A DNA stretch of 64,000 bases from Nitrosarchaeum sp. (GCA_035455105.1 DATIFS010000075.1:11012-75011); one strand, 5' to 3'; shown: positions 36,888 through 48,218, counted from the first letter of the stretch. The notes: generated from the sequence alone by a model not told the origin. Program-made: numbers and translations.

Positions 36888-37385
36888 ATGACTCCATTAG
36901 AGCAAGCAATAATTTTATGGATTCATCTTCTTTCAGCTGCTATTTGGGTAGGAGGTTCGCTTTTTATTGGAATTGTTTTTTCACCACTTCTCAAAACAAT
37001 GTATGATTCTGTCGAAGAAAGATTACAAATTATGATTAAAGTTGGTAAAAGATTCAACAAAATTGCAGTTCCATCATTAATAATTCTCATAGGTACTGGT
37101 ATCTACAATTCACATGTACTTTTGAGTAAGCCTAATTTGTTAATGGCCACAAGCTATGGTAATTTTCTTATCATTAAAATAATTTTAGTCATTGCATTAA
37201 TTATCACATATGTAATACATGTTAGAGTAATTAGAAAAGATGTAGAAGATAAGATAATGTCAAAACAAATGTCATCAGACCAAGTTCAAAAATTAAGAAA
37301 AAAAATTATTATTCTTGGTGAAATTACAGTAGTTTTATCTGTAGCAATTCTATTTTTTGCATCTTTACTTAATGCTGGTGTTTAA
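36888..37385 (+). CDS. CopD/DUF4149-like four-TM membrane protein
   Basis: WIHLLSAAIWVGGSLF motif and four TMs. Confidence 0.75.
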   Translation: MTPLEQAIILWIHLLSAAIWVGGSLFIGIVFSPLLKTMYDSVEERLQIMIKVGKRFNKIAVPSLIILIGTGIYNSHVLLSKPNLLMATSYGNFLIIKIILVIALIITYVIHVRVIRKDVEDKIMSKQMSSDQVQKLRKKIIILGEITVVLSVAILFFASLLNAGV

Positions 37386-38390
37386 GACACCTTCTATTCT
37401 GATCTCAAAACCGTTACTTAATTTACCTATACCATATTTACAGCCAGTAATTTTTGAAGTTACAAACAAATTTGTCTCTAAATGTTTTGAGATGTTTCTG
37501 ACTCTAAAAATTGTCATTTCATTAGTAAGACTTGCTGGTAAAACAAGCATATCTGCAAGATGTTCATCAACTCCAAGATTATTTTCAGTAAAACTTTCTA
37601 GATCCAAATCAAATCGCTCTGTTTTTTTATCTAAAATTGAATCAATTCCTATTATTGATTCTTCATCCACACTAAAAATCAGTAATGATGCTCCTGAATC
37701 AATTGCGCTTTCTTCATTTATCTGTGTTTGAACAATGAATTTCTTTTCAGTTATTTTTTTTTGAATTTCATCAACAAGTTTTTTTATTAATTCATTTGGT
37801 AAATTTGAAAACGAACAGAATAACTTGATGTTTTTTGTTTTTCTCTGATTCAATGAAATTGATTTTACATTAGATGGTAAAACATCCAAATTTACTTCTC
37901 CCCCACCTTTAGGATAATAACCACGTTTGATTAATCTAATTGAAAAATTAATTCCCATTCTTGAATATGCTTCTCTTAAAACATATCGAGTGTAATCTAT
38001 TGTTGGGCTCCAAAGAGTGTCTGTACCTCCTTTAATTTTTAGATTTAATTTTTTTTTACATATTGCTACAACGGGAATCAATACTTGTAATACTAAGGAA
38101 ATACTACCAGCTGTTCCAATATTTTCTATTAAATTACAACTTTTTACATCTCTTGGAATAAATTTTAAATTTGTTGATCCCATTTTAGCTCCTTCTACTT
38201 CTGCATCACAAATTTTTTGAAGAATTTTAATTGCTGTGATATGCTGTGCTTTTAATCCTGGAATTTTTCTATTTTTTCTAATATTTTCAATAATAATTGG
38301 TTGTTTTGTAATACACGATAATGTGATTGCTGTACGAATAATTTGTCCTCCACCCTCACCAAACTCTCCATCAATTTTTATAAAATCCAT
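37365..38390 (-). CDS. rtcA: RNA 3'-terminal phosphate cyclase
   Basis: IDGEFGEGGGQIIR, GLKAQH, GYYPKGGG and DEHLADML. Confidence 0.93.
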   Translation of the reverse strand: MDFIKIDGEFGEGGGQIIRTAITLSCITKQPIIIENIRKNRKIPGLKAQHITAIKILQKICDAEVEGAKMGSTNLKFIPRDVKSCNLIENIGTAGSISLVLQVLIPVVAICKKKLNLKIKGGTDTLWSPTIDYTRYVLREAYSRMGINFSIRLIKRGYYPKGGGEVNLDVLPSNVKSISLNQRKTKNIKLFCSFSNLPNELIKKLVDEIQKKITEKKFIVQTQINEESAIDSGASLLIFSVDEESIIGIDSILDKKTERFDLDLESFTENNLGVDEHLADMLVLPASLTNEMTIFRVRNISKHLETNLFVTSKITGCKYGIGKLSNGFEIRIEGVLNTSIK

Positions 38391-38426
38391 CTAATTTACT
38401 CTCATTCAACACTTTGCAATATTTAG

Positions 38427-38909
38427 TTAATTCAATATTGTGATCTTCCATGCTGGATGAATTTCATTCCATCCATGAGGATTATCAGTAACCCATGCTC
38501 CATAAACTTCTATCTTATCTCCATTTTTTGGAACATGCATTACGCTTGTTCCTTGATCCTTAGATATAATTTCTATTACTAACATGCCTTTAACCTGTTT
38601 AATGTTTTCATTGTTTAGCAGCTGCTTGTATTGTGGTTCTAATTCTAAGTTAAATTGAAAATCTCCATCATCTTCTCTAGTCTCTTTCATATCATGAACA
38701 ATTCCTATTACTTTTTCACATGTGGACAGAACTGAAAATCTTGCTTGTCTATCAACTCCATCAAAAATGTTTCCTTGTTTACAATTCTGTTCATCATGAT
38801 TAGTTTGTAAAGTATATTGTGGACCAAAATAGTTTGTATACGAATAGATTATTACAATTATCATTACTACCAATATAGAGATTAAAATCATCTGTTTTCC
38901 TGTTTTCAT
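38427..38909 (-). CDS. Membrane-anchored extracellular protein, possibly OB-fold
   Basis: N-terminal TM; DGDFQFNLEL...GWNEIHPAW. Confidence 0.65.
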   Translation of the reverse strand: MKTGKQMILISILVVMIIVIIYSYTNYFGPQYTLQTNHDEQNCKQGNIFDGVDRQARFSVLSTCEKVIGIVHDMKETREDDGDFQFNLELEPQYKQLLNNENIKQVKGMLVIEIISKDQGTSVMHVPKNGDKIEVYGAWVTDNPHGWNEIHPAWKITILN

Positions 38910-39045
38910 TATGCTGATCTCATTTTATTTCCTGCAAGATTTGTCTCTTTACTTTCTTGATTTTTAATTTCATGCCTAAATATGTTGAATAAACTTAGCA
39001 TAATGTTATGATAGTTTTTAAAATGAAATCTATTGATATCTTTGT

Positions 39046-39540
39046 ATGAATGGATTATTGATCGGAAGATTTCAGCCATTTCACTTAGGTCATCTTGCCG
39101 CTTTACGTTTTGCATTATCTAAAGTTGATAAATTATGGATAGGATTAGGTAGCTCAAACAAACCCTTACAAAAAAACAACCCATTTTCAGCTGAAGAAAG
39201 AAAAGAAATGATTCTATCATCAATTGATGAATCTATGAAACAAAGAATTCAAATTTATTTTATTCCAGACTTAGAAAATCACATAAAATGGATAGAACTT
39301 ATTGATACACTTGTCCCAAAATTTGATCTTATTTTTACTAATGATGAATTAACTAAACATCTTTATTCAAAACGTGATGTCACAGTTCTACCAATACCAT
39401 TTGTTAAAAGAGAAGTTCTTTCTGGAACAAATATTCGAGATATGATACTAAGCGATCAAAAATGGGAGGATCTTGTACCTGAAGGAACAAAAATTTTTTT
39501 GTATACAAATAGTGCTAAACAACGTTTGAAAAATCTCTAA
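39046..39540 (+). CDS. nadM: Nicotinamide-nucleotide adenylyltransferase
   Basis: GRFQPFHLGH, NPFSAEER and SGTNIR. Confidence 0.93.
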   Translation: MNGLLIGRFQPFHLGHLAALRFALSKVDKLWIGLGSSNKPLQKNNPFSAEERKEMILSSIDESMKQRIQIYFIPDLENHIKWIELIDTLVPKFDLIFTNDELTKHLYSKRDVTVLPIPFVKREVLSGTNIRDMILSDQKWEDLVPEGTKIFLYTNSAKQRLKNL

Positions 39541-39581
39541 TTATAAATAAACCCATGAAAAACTCACGTTGGAGATAAAAA

Positions 39582-40727
39582 TTGGAATACCTATCAATGC
39601 TTCCAGGTCCTACAAATGTACCTAATAGAGTTATGAGAGCAATGCTTGCTCCAATTATTAATCACAGAAGTGATGATTTTGTTGAATTATACACAGATGT
39701 AGTTGATAAGACACAACAAGTTTTCCAAACAAAAAATGACATAGTTGCATTATCTGCATCTGGAACTGGAGCAGTTGAAGCAAGTGTAATTAATATTGTA
39801 AAAAAAGGTGATAAAATCATAATTCCTGTCAATGGAGAATTTAGTGGTAGACTAGCAGAACTAATTGAATCTCAAGGAGCTCATGTAGTAAAACTCCAAA
39901 CCCCTCCAGGAGAAAATGCAACTTTTGATCAGGTAAAAGAAGCATTTGATAATAATAAAGATGTTAAAGCATTCTATGTAGTTCACAATGAAACTTCTAC
40001 TGGAACAATGGTGAATTATCTTGATAGAATTTCTGATTTAACTTCACGTAATGACGCAATGTATGTAGTAGATTCGGTTTCTATACTAGGTGGTGTTAAC
40101 CTTCCAGTTGACAAGTGGAACATTGATGTATGTATGACTGGAGCACAAAAAGCAATTGCAGCTCCTCCAGGAATTTCTCCAATTTCTGTTAGTCCTAAAG
40201 CCAAAAAATACATGATTGCGAACCCACCTTCTACAATGTATTTCAATTTAGCAAGATATTTCAAATATTATGAAGAATCAAAGCACACACCATTTACTCC
40301 AGCATTACCTTTACTTTATGCATACAGAGAGGCACTTACAATAATGTTAGAAGAAGGACTTGAAAATGTGTTTAAACGTCATAAGGTTTGTTCTGATGCT
40401 TTGTATTCTAGTTTAAGTGCAATTGGTCTAACTCCATTTGCAAAAAAAGAAGATCGTTCTATTTCGATTATTGCATTAAACTACTTGGATGGATTACAAG
40501 ACAAAACTTTCAGAGATACATTAGCTGATAAATTCAAAGTGTTAGTTGCTGGAGGATTTGGAAATCTTAAAGGAAAAGTATTCAGAGTTGGATGTATGGG
40601 CGAAGTTAACAAATACCATGTAATGAGAACAGTATCTGCAATTTCATCAACATTAGCTATGATGGGATATGATACAGATGCTCAAGCAGGTCTCAAAACA
40701 GCTGAAGAAAAACTTAAAGCTCTATAA
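39582..40727 (+). CDS. Class V aminotransferase (serine-pyruvate/alanine-glyoxylate type)
   Basis: LPGPTNVP, HNETSTG, VDSVS and TGAQKA. Confidence 0.92.
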   Translation: MEYLSMLPGPTNVPNRVMRAMLAPIINHRSDDFVELYTDVVDKTQQVFQTKNDIVALSASGTGAVEASVINIVKKGDKIIIPVNGEFSGRLAELIESQGAHVVKLQTPPGENATFDQVKEAFDNNKDVKAFYVVHNETSTGTMVNYLDRISDLTSRNDAMYVVDSVSILGGVNLPVDKWNIDVCMTGAQKAIAAPPGISPISVSPKAKKYMIANPPSTMYFNLARYFKYYEESKHTPFTPALPLLYAYREALTIMLEEGLENVFKRHKVCSDALYSSLSAIGLTPFAKKEDRSISIIALNYLDGLQDKTFRDTLADKFKVLVAGGFGNLKGKVFRVGCMGEVNKYHVMRTVSAISSTLAMMGYDTDAQAGLKTAEEKLKAL

Positions 40728-40768
40728 TGCATGTTAACTTAATATAAGGAAATTCGAGAACGATCACA

Positions 40769-41518
40769 TTGACTTTCAATAAAGGTTCATTGATACTAAT
40801 AGATTATACAGCTAAAGTTAAGGACACTAATGAGGTTTTTGACACCACTATTGAAGAAGATGCAAAAAAACATTCTATTCATGAATCAAATATAAAATAC
40901 CAACCAAAACTTGTTTCAATCGGAGAAGTATCTTATCCTGTTCTAAAAGGACTAGATGAAGCATTAGCTAAAACTACAGTTGGAGATAAACTTACAATTG
41001 AAGTTACTCCAGACAAAGGATTCGGTGAAAGAGATTCTGCCAAAGTTAGAATGATTCCAATTAGAAAACTAGGTGAAGATGCAGAAAAAGTTTCTGTAGG
41101 TGACACAATTGAAGTTGATAATAAAAGAGGAATTATAAGATTTATTGGTTCAGGGAGAGTACAAATCGACTACAATCACAGATACGCCGGTAAAACAATT
41201 CTTTATGATGTTAATGTAGTAAAATCATTAGATTCTCCAAATGACAAAGTCGATGGAATTCTAAAAAATAGATTACCATTAGAAAATTCGAAAATTTCAT
41301 TTGAATTAAAAGATAAGGAAGTAAACATTACAATTCCTGAAGAAATATTACGAGCAGATGGACTTCAAATAATGAAGCATTTCATCCAATTAGATATTTT
41401 CAAATTTGTACCATCTTTAGAGAAAGTCAACTTTATTGAAACACATATCAATAAACAAATTCAAACAAAGAAAACCGAATCCAAAGAAGAAAAAGCACCT
41501 GAACCAAAAACAGTATAA
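40769..41518 (+). CDS. Long-type FKBP peptidyl-prolyl isomerase
   Basis: IDYTAK...VFDTT, PDKGFGER and IDYNHRYAGKT. Confidence 0.9.
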   Translation: MTFNKGSLILIDYTAKVKDTNEVFDTTIEEDAKKHSIHESNIKYQPKLVSIGEVSYPVLKGLDEALAKTTVGDKLTIEVTPDKGFGERDSAKVRMIPIRKLGEDAEKVSVGDTIEVDNKRGIIRFIGSGRVQIDYNHRYAGKTILYDVNVVKSLDSPNDKVDGILKNRLPLENSKISFELKDKEVNITIPEEILRADGLQIMKHFIQLDIFKFVPSLEKVNFIETHINKQIQTKKTESKEEKAPEPKTV

Positions 41519-41519
41519 G

Positions 41520-42563
41520 TCAAATTACATTTGTAATCTTTGCGAGATTAAATGCTCTTTTCTCTGTCATATCAATTTCTTTTAAAATAGTGTATCTTTC
41601 TGGTCTTAATTCCTGTGCAATCATAAGAGCAGAAACAATTTCATCTGATCTTAAACCCACTTGTTTAGCTGATGTTGGTGCACCAACATCTTTCAAAGTT
41701 TTTGCAATTTTTTTCCAATCTTGACCTTGTAACTTTGCCATCATAATAGAACCAATACCACATTTTTCTCCATGTAGTCCTCTTCCTGGTGCAATCTTAT
41801 CTAATGCATGAGAAAAAAGATGTTCTGCTCCTGAACATGGTCTACTGCTACCTGCAATACATGATGCAACTCCTGCACTGATTAATGCCTCAACAATTAT
41901 TCTTACATCTAGTCCATTTTTGGCATAGTGATTTGAATTTTCCATAACTATTTTTGCACTCATTAATGCCAAATCTGCAGAATATCTACCATAATACTCA
42001 CCAGTTTTTTCATGTCCTAACTGCCAATCTTTAACTGCTATAATATTTGCAATAAGATCTCCACAACCACTTGCTAAAAGTTTTGCAGGAGCCTTACGTA
42101 TGACATCAATATCAACAAATACTCCTAACGGCGCGGATGCAACGATTGAATGTGGTTTATCACTAATTATAGAAACAAATGGACTTGCCATTCCATCATG
42201 TGATGCAGCAGTTGGTACACTCACAAATGGCTTACCAAGATTGTATGCAATCATTTTTGCAGTATCTACTGAACGACCTCCACCAATACCCACAATTAGT
42301 TCACTCTCATCTTTTTTTACATCTTTTTGAATTTGATTAATAGATGTAATTGTATTGTCTCCAGACATATGCCAAACAAATCTTATTTTACTAGATTTTA
42401 GTGAATTTTCAATTTTTTTCTTAACAATCTTAGTTACATTAACTCCGCTGATCAATGAAATTTTTTTTGATTTATTGAGTGAATTTACAAATTTACCAAA
42501 ATCACCTATGTTTTTCTCTCCGATCTCAATGAGCCTAGGTAACTCCATTGTATGCGATTGCAT
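41520..42563 (-). CDS. egsA: sn-glycerol-1-phosphate dehydrogenase
   Basis: GIGGGRSVDTAK, PTAASHDG, SRPCSGAEH and LHGE. Confidence 0.95.
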   Translation of the reverse strand: MQSHTMELPRLIEIGEKNIGDFGKFVNSLNKSKKISLISGVNVTKIVKKKIENSLKSSKIRFVWHMSGDNTITSINQIQKDVKKDESELIVGIGGGRSVDTAKMIAYNLGKPFVSVPTAASHDGMASPFVSIISDKPHSIVASAPLGVFVDIDVIRKAPAKLLASGCGDLIANIIAVKDWQLGHEKTGEYYGRYSADLALMSAKIVMENSNHYAKNGLDVRIIVEALISAGVASCIAGSSRPCSGAEHLFSHALDKIAPGRGLHGEKCGIGSIMMAKLQGQDWKKIAKTLKDVGAPTSAKQVGLRSDEIVSALMIAQELRPERYTILKEIDMTEKRAFNLAKITNVI

Positions 42564-42659
42564 ATCTTCATGACTTTTTTGTCATTATTTATCATTTCAA
42601 TGGAACAAAAAGTTATTTAAAAGGGTCCAAGCATTTGATATTATCTTAATAGGTGTATT

Positions 42660-43292
42660 TTGTCAAATAACGTTGAAGAAAAAATTCTGCATGGGACTAC
42701 CACTGTAGGTATCAAGGCTAAAGACGGTGTTGTATTATGTGCTGATATGAGAGCCAGTGCAGGATATTTCATTGCAAACAATAATACCATGAAAATTCAA
42801 AAAATTGATGAACATGCAGGCTTGACTTTAGCTGGTGGTGTGGCAGATGCACAAAATATTGTAGAAATCCTTCGTTATCATTCAAATCTTCATAGAGTAG
42901 AAAAACAAGGACCAATTCCAATTCATTCATTAGCTAGATTATGTTCTCTCATATTCCATCAAAATCGCGGTTATCCCTTTATGGCAGATATTCTTGTAGG
43001 TGGTTATGATGCAGATGGACCTGCATTATTTAACATCGACATGTTTGGTTCAGTTGAAGAAAAATCCTATGTAACTACAGGTAGCGGTTCTCCTGTAGCA
43101 TATGGTTTGTTAGAAGAAGAATATAGATCTGATCTAACAGTAGAAGAAGCAAAAAAAATAGCTCTAAGAGCAGTAAAAGCCGCAATAGTTAGAAACATTG
43201 GTACTGGAGACGGAATTAACATCGCAGTTATGGATAAAGATGGATTCCGTCTATTGACTGATGAACAAAAAAAATCAGTTATCAAACTTTAG
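42660..43292 (+). CDS. psmB: Proteasome beta subunit
   Basis: Propeptide followed by GTTTVG (catalytic Thr); TGSGS. Confidence 0.96.
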   Translation: MSNNVEEKILHGTTTVGIKAKDGVVLCADMRASAGYFIANNNTMKIQKIDEHAGLTLAGGVADAQNIVEILRYHSNLHRVEKQGPIPIHSLARLCSLIFHQNRGYPFMADILVGGYDADGPALFNIDMFGSVEEKSYVTTGSGSPVAYGLLEEEYRSDLTVEEAKKIALRAVKAAIVRNIGTGDGINIAVMDKDGFRLLTDEQKKSVIKL

Positions 43293-45237
43293 TGATTTAA
43301 TGCAAAGAAAGCAGCAACAAAAAGAATTACCTCCAAGCCAAAATATGATGGCCACCATACTGCAAAGTATACCAAAAGAAGCTAAGGTAACAAAAATAGA
43401 ATATGAAGGACCTAGAATTGCTCTGTATACAAATTCTCCACGTTATCTAATGGAAAACAATGAAACCATCTCAAATCTTGTTAATATAATAAAAAAAAGA
43501 ATTGTTGTAAGAACTGATGAATCTATTCGAAAATCAGAAGAAGACGCAAGAAAGATTCTTGCAGAGTGTATTCCAAAAGAAGCAAATTTTCAAGGAGCAT
43601 TTTTTGATACAGCTACAGGTGAAGTTTCAATTGAAGCTAAACGACCTTGGTTATTGCAAAGAGACGCAAAAGAATTCAATCATGCTGAAATAACTGAAAA
43701 AATAGGTTGGAAATTACGAATCAGAAAAGCTACTACTATACCATCACGTACTATTCAAACAATAAACGCAAACCTAAAGCTTACATCTGCTGAACGAAGT
43801 AAACAATTCAAACAAATTGGAGATGAAATATTTAGACCTAGACTAGCACAAAAATCTGAAGTATCACTCATTACTCTTGGTGGCTTTAGTCAAGTAGGGA
43901 GATCTTGTATGTTATTATCTACTCCTGAAAGTAAAATTCTAGTAGACTGTGGAATTAACCCCGGCGCAAAACATCCAATGGATTCATTTCCAAGATTAGA
44001 TTTTCTTGATATTACATTAGATGAACTTGATGCTATAGTAATCGGACATGCACATCTGGATCACACAGGTTTCTTACCTGCATTATGCAAATTTGGCTAT
44101 AAGGGACCTATCTATTGTACTGAACCAACACTTCCAATGATGAATCTTATTCAATTAGATGCAATCAAAGTTGCTTCTGCTCAAGGTAGAACTCCAATGT
44201 ATGCAGAAAGAGACGTAAAACAAATCATGAAACAAGCAATAACTTTACCATATAGTACTGTCACTGATATTTCTCCAGACATTAAACTAGTTTTTGCAAA
44301 TGCAGGACACATTTTGGGTTCTGCATTATGTCACTTCCATATTGGAAACGGTGATCACAACTTCGTTTATTCTGGTGATATTAAGTTTGGAAAGAGTATT
44401 CTATTTGAAGCTGCAAGCTGGAATTTTCCTAGAGTGGAAACTTTGTTAATTGAGAGTACATATGGTGCAAAAGAAGACATTCAACCAACTAGACAAGAAG
44501 TAGAATCTGCTTTCATTAATGCTGTAAATAATACCCTTGCTGACGGAGGTAAAGTTCTAATTCCTATTCCTGCGGTTGGTCGTGCTCAAGAAATTATGAT
44601 GGTAATTGATCATTATATGAAATCAGGTGAAATGGTTGAAGCACCTGTTTTTACAGAAGGTATGATCTCTGAAGCCTCTGCAATTCATGAAGCATACCCT
44701 GAATACCTTGCTAGAGAATTAAAACAAAAAATCTTAGAAACTGATGATAATCCATTTGATTCAGAATACTTTACAAATATTGAACATGCTGATGCACGAG
44801 AAGAACCAATGAGAGATAATTCACCTTGTATTATTTTGGCAACATCTGGAATGTTAGAAGGTGGACCTGTTTTAGAATATTTCAAAAATATTGCACCTGA
44901 CAAAAAGAACAAAGTATTATTTGTTTCATATCAAGTTAATGGAACCATGGGAAGGAGAGTTTTAGATGGTTCAAAACAAGTTACTATGCTAGGTAAAGAA
45001 GGAAAAGTAGAAGTTGTTACAATAAATTGCAGTGTTGAAAAACTAGACGGATTCAGCGGACACAGTGATTATAATCAACTAATGTCTTTTGTTCAAAGAC
45101 TAAGACCAAAACTTCGTAGAGTACTTGTAAATCACGGTGAACGAAGAAAATCTGAAAATTTAGCAATGAATATTAGAAGAATGTTTAGAGTTCCTGCTCA
45201 TTATCCTCAAGTTCAAGAAGCAATAAAACTATTTTAG
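43261..45237 (+). CDS. fttA: aCPSF1/FttA beta-CASP ribonuclease with KH domains; probable start at 43300
   Basis: N-terminal KH domains, HAHLDH, AGHILGS, SGHSD and HGE; adjacent to psmB. Confidence 0.93.
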   Translation: MNKKNQLSNFSDLMQRKQQQKELPPSQNMMATILQSIPKEAKVTKIEYEGPRIALYTNSPRYLMENNETISNLVNIIKKRIVVRTDESIRKSEEDARKILAECIPKEANFQGAFFDTATGEVSIEAKRPWLLQRDAKEFNHAEITEKIGWKLRIRKATTIPSRTIQTINANLKLTSAERSKQFKQIGDEIFRPRLAQKSEVSLITLGGFSQVGRSCMLLSTPESKILVDCGINPGAKHPMDSFPRLDFLDITLDELDAIVIGHAHLDHTGFLPALCKFGYKGPIYCTEPTLPMMNLIQLDAIKVASAQGRTPMYAERDVKQIMKQAITLPYSTVTDISPDIKLVFANAGHILGSALCHFHIGNGDHNFVYSGDIKFGKSILFEAASWNFPRVETLLIESTYGAKEDIQPTRQEVESAFINAVNNTLADGGKVLIPIPAVGRAQEIMMVIDHYMKSGEMVEAPVFTEGMISEASAIHEAYPEYLARELKQKILETDDNPFDSEYFTNIEHADAREEPMRDNSPCIILATSGMLEGGPVLEYFKNIAPDKKNKVLFVSYQVNGTMGRRVLDGSKQVTMLGKEGKVEVVTINCSVEKLDGFSGHSDYNQLMSFVQRLRPKLRRVLVNHGERRKSENLAMNIRRMFRVPAHYPQVQEAIKLF

Positions 45238-45507
45238 ATCGTATTCTGGTTTCCAGATTTTAATACTAGATGGTGCAACAATAATTCTTTCTTCACCAAG
45301 TCTTGCAATATCTGCACCTTCAGTTTTTGCAATAGAATACAATTCTTCAACAACTTTTCTAAGTTGTTCCACATCTTTTTGAGCCAACGGTGTTACTCTA
45401 AGAATCAAAATCATCTCTTTTTTGATATCTTCTTTTATAGAATGAACATCACTAATATCTCGTATAGTAATGGCTTTCAAATATGTGGGATTTTCTTGTT
45501 TTTGCAT
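45229..45507 (-). CDS. sepF: Archaeal SepF
   Basis: DIKKEMILILRVTPL...GADIARLGEERIIVAP. Confidence 0.8.
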   Translation of the reverse strand: MQKQENPTYLKAITIRDISDVHSIKEDIKKEMILILRVTPLAQKDVEQLRKVVEELYSIAKTEGADIARLGEERIIVAPSSIKIWKPEYDLK

Positions 45508-45579
45508 CCTTGAGTAAAATGCGATCTACTCATTCAAAAACTCTTCCTTAGTTTTAACTAATTTTAATTTTTTTTGTGC

Positions 45580-46617
45580 CTAAATTCTAAATTTAATGTA
45601 GGAATCTTCTTCAACAGATTGTGTGATGATTTCTTTTTTTATATTGTTCTTGTTGATAATAACTGATGCTTGTTCTCCTTTTGGTGCATCTGAATATCTT
45701 AAGGTAACAGATGATACAAGTTCTTCATACGCATCTGTATTTTTTCCACGCAAAATTGAAATTGGTCCCATATGATCACGAGCCTGAATTAAAACATCTC
45801 CTGGTAATGCAATCGCTTTTATCATTTCATTTTCATCTTTATTTCTACCAACAACAAATTTGGTTTGTTCATCTAATCTAAAATGTCTTCCAATCTTTAA
45901 CAAATCAATATCATTTATTGTAGGAGTTTCAGTATGTGCAAACAAATCTTTTGCACGTAATCCAAATGTTGGATCTGTTAGAAGACATCCTCCACCTGCA
46001 TTTGGTGGATTTTCAATTCCATATTTTTTTGCCATGTCTAACTGCATTCTTCTAGTTCTTCCTTTAATCATTCCAAGATTTTCTCTTTTGATCAATCCAT
46101 TTTTTTCAGGATCTGTTTCTGGAAGTAATCCTGCAGATAACGGTCTTACAATTTTTCCGACCAATCCTGATTCTTTTTCAATAGTCCTTAATGCGGGACC
46201 ATGTTGACTCATTGGTCTTTGTCCTAAAACCTCTCCTGAAATTATAAACTCAGCCCCAATCTCATCCATGTGTTTTTTTGCAGCATTAAACATCATAGCT
46301 CTGCAATCTATACATGGATTAAATCCAGCACCAATTCCATGTTTTGGATGTTTTAACATCTCGATATATTCATCACCAAGATAAACTGTTTTTAGATTGA
46401 CATTAAGATCATCTGCTTTTTCTCTAATTTCAAAACCACAACCTCTTCCACAATCAAAATCACAAAAAGGAGTTTTTATTGCAACCGCTGAAACCTCAAA
46501 TCCTTGTTCTTGCATCATTCTTACTGCAAGCTGACTATCTAATCCACCAGATAATAGAGCAACTACTTTCTTTTTTCCTTCTGTCACAATCATAAAAATT
46601 AAAAACCCAATATACAA
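45580..46617 (-). CDS. PP-loop tRNA sulfurtransferase-like protein (ThiI/MnmA-related)
   Basis: SGGLDS PP-loop, CDFDC, PCIDCR, GEVLGQRPMSQ and GGGCLLTD. Confidence 0.8.
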   Translation of the reverse strand: MYIGFLIFMIVTEGKKKVVALLSGGLDSQLAVRMMQEQGFEVSAVAIKTPFCDFDCGRGCGFEIREKADDLNVNLKTVYLGDEYIEMLKHPKHGIGAGFNPCIDCRAMMFNAAKKHMDEIGAEFIISGEVLGQRPMSQHGPALRTIEKESGLVGKIVRPLSAGLLPETDPEKNGLIKRENLGMIKGRTRRMQLDMAKKYGIENPPNAGGGCLLTDPTFGLRAKDLFAHTETPTINDIDLLKIGRHFRLDEQTKFVVGRNKDENEMIKAIALPGDVLIQARDHMGPISILRGKNTDAYEELVSSVTLRYSDAPKGEQASVIINKNNIKKEIITQSVEEDSYIKFRI

Positions 46618-46661
46618 ACTTTACATCATACATAAATTGAGAAACGTTTTGATTATTTTTT

Positions 46662-47726
46662 GTGAAGGAACGAAGAAAAAATCTTCTCAAATTTGCTCAA
46701 AAGATCGATTGTGATACATTAGTTACATTTGAGCCTGAAAATTTATTTTACATGACTGGATTCTGGGGTGAGGCTATTGGAATCTTGGAAAAAGAAGGAA
46801 AAACTACTATAATTGCTCCAGAACTTGAAGTTGGTCGTGTTAAAGAAGAATCTGAAAATTGTGATATAATTACGGCAGAACGAGGAATCGGCTTAATTTC
46901 ATCATTAACAAATAAAATCAAAAAAAAGAAAGTATGTACTGATTGTCAAAATTACTCGATAATGACATCTCTCAAAAAATCAATTCCCGGAATAAAATCT
47001 TCTACTGAACCATTTTATAATTCTCGTATTGTTAAAGATGAAAAAGAGATCAACATTCTTAAAAAAGCTTCAAAAATAATTGACGAAATGTATGATATTT
47101 GTTATCAAAAAATGAGAGTAGGTCAAAAAGAATCCGAATTACAAACAATTTTGATGTCGTATGCGATAGGACAAAGTATGTTTGATACTGGATACAAATC
47201 AACTTTAAATCCATTGATTATAGCTGGAGGACCTAACGGTTCATTACCACATGCACAAGTAACTGATAGAAAATTCAAAAAAGGTGATCTTGTTGTTGTT
47301 GATCTTACATTAAGATACAAAGGATATGTTTCAGATGCAACTAGAACATTTGCAATTGGGAAAATATCTACTCAGGAAAAAGAGGTTTATGAAATTGTAA
47401 AAGAATCACAAAAACTTGGATTAAAATCTGTTAAATCAAATATAGATTGTAAAGATGTAGATTTTGCATGTAGAAAATACATTGAAGAGCATAACTATGG
47501 GAAATATTTTATTCATTCAACAGGTCATGGTATAGGACTTGAAGTTCATGAATTACCAACCATTTCTTACAGAAGTGAAACACAATTAAAAGAAAATATG
47601 GCAATTACTGTAGAGCCTGGAATTTATATTCCAAACAAATTTGGAGTTAGGATTGAAGATTCTTTAATTGTAAAAGATAAACCAATTCTCTTGCATAAAT
47701 TTACAAAAGATCTAATCACTATCTAA
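46662..47726 (+). CDS. Xaa-Pro aminopeptidase (M24B)
   Basis: VVDLT..GYVSDATRT, HSTGHGIGLEVHE and TVEPGIY...GVRIED. Confidence 0.93.
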   Translation: MKERRKNLLKFAQKIDCDTLVTFEPENLFYMTGFWGEAIGILEKEGKTTIIAPELEVGRVKEESENCDIITAERGIGLISSLTNKIKKKKVCTDCQNYSIMTSLKKSIPGIKSSTEPFYNSRIVKDEKEINILKKASKIIDEMYDICYQKMRVGQKESELQTILMSYAIGQSMFDTGYKSTLNPLIIAGGPNGSLPHAQVTDRKFKKGDLVVVDLTLRYKGYVSDATRTFAIGKISTQEKEVYEIVKESQKLGLKSVKSNIDCKDVDFACRKYIEEHNYGKYFIHSTGHGIGLEVHELPTISYRSETQLKENMAITVEPGIYIPNKFGVRIEDSLIVKDKPILLHKFTKDLITI

Positions 47727-48218
47727 TTAATCATAATAATCTACTACATCAATTACATGCTTGGCATTTGCATTTTTAGCCTTGATTTCTTTAGTATCTG
47801 AATTTACATCCCAAACAAATTCTATACTTCCCTTGTATGATTCAAATGTCAAAATTACTTCATGAATATTTTCTGTTGCTTCTGCTATGTTCGAAATAAC
47901 AAGACTTACCTTTGTCTTTTTATTATTGAATATTTTTTCATTCGGATATTCTGCAGCAATTTGTTGAGTTATAGCATCCATAACAGTCAGCCCTTTGTTA
48001 TTTGGACCATTATATGACATTAAAGTTTGAAGAATTTGTTTTTGATCATCAGTTAAATCATTTGGAAAACTACTTTGTAAATCACCTTTTGTCAATTCTG
48101 GAATTACAAAAATTATAAACAATGCAATTATACCAAGGTAAATTGGAGCTCTTTTCTTTAGGAATGCCTTAAATTCTGATTTTCTTGGTTTTTCTTCTTT
48201 CTTACTATCTTTATTCAT
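47727..48218 (-). CDS. Membrane-anchored hypothetical protein
   Basis: Single N-terminal TM. Confidence 0.7.
   Translation of the reverse strand: MNKDSKKEEKPRKSEFKAFLKKRAPIYLGIIALFIIFVIPELTKGDLQSSFPNDLTDDQKQILQTLMSYNGPNNKGLTVMDAITQQIAAEYPNEKIFNNKKTKVSLVISNIAEATENIHEVILTFESYKGSIEFVWDVNSDTKEIKAKNANAKHVIDVVDYYD

Noticed and set aside
38909-39115. 68-aa minus-strand ORF overlapping the nadM start
   Set aside because: It overlaps nadM antisense and covers the likely divergent promoter region, with no motif.
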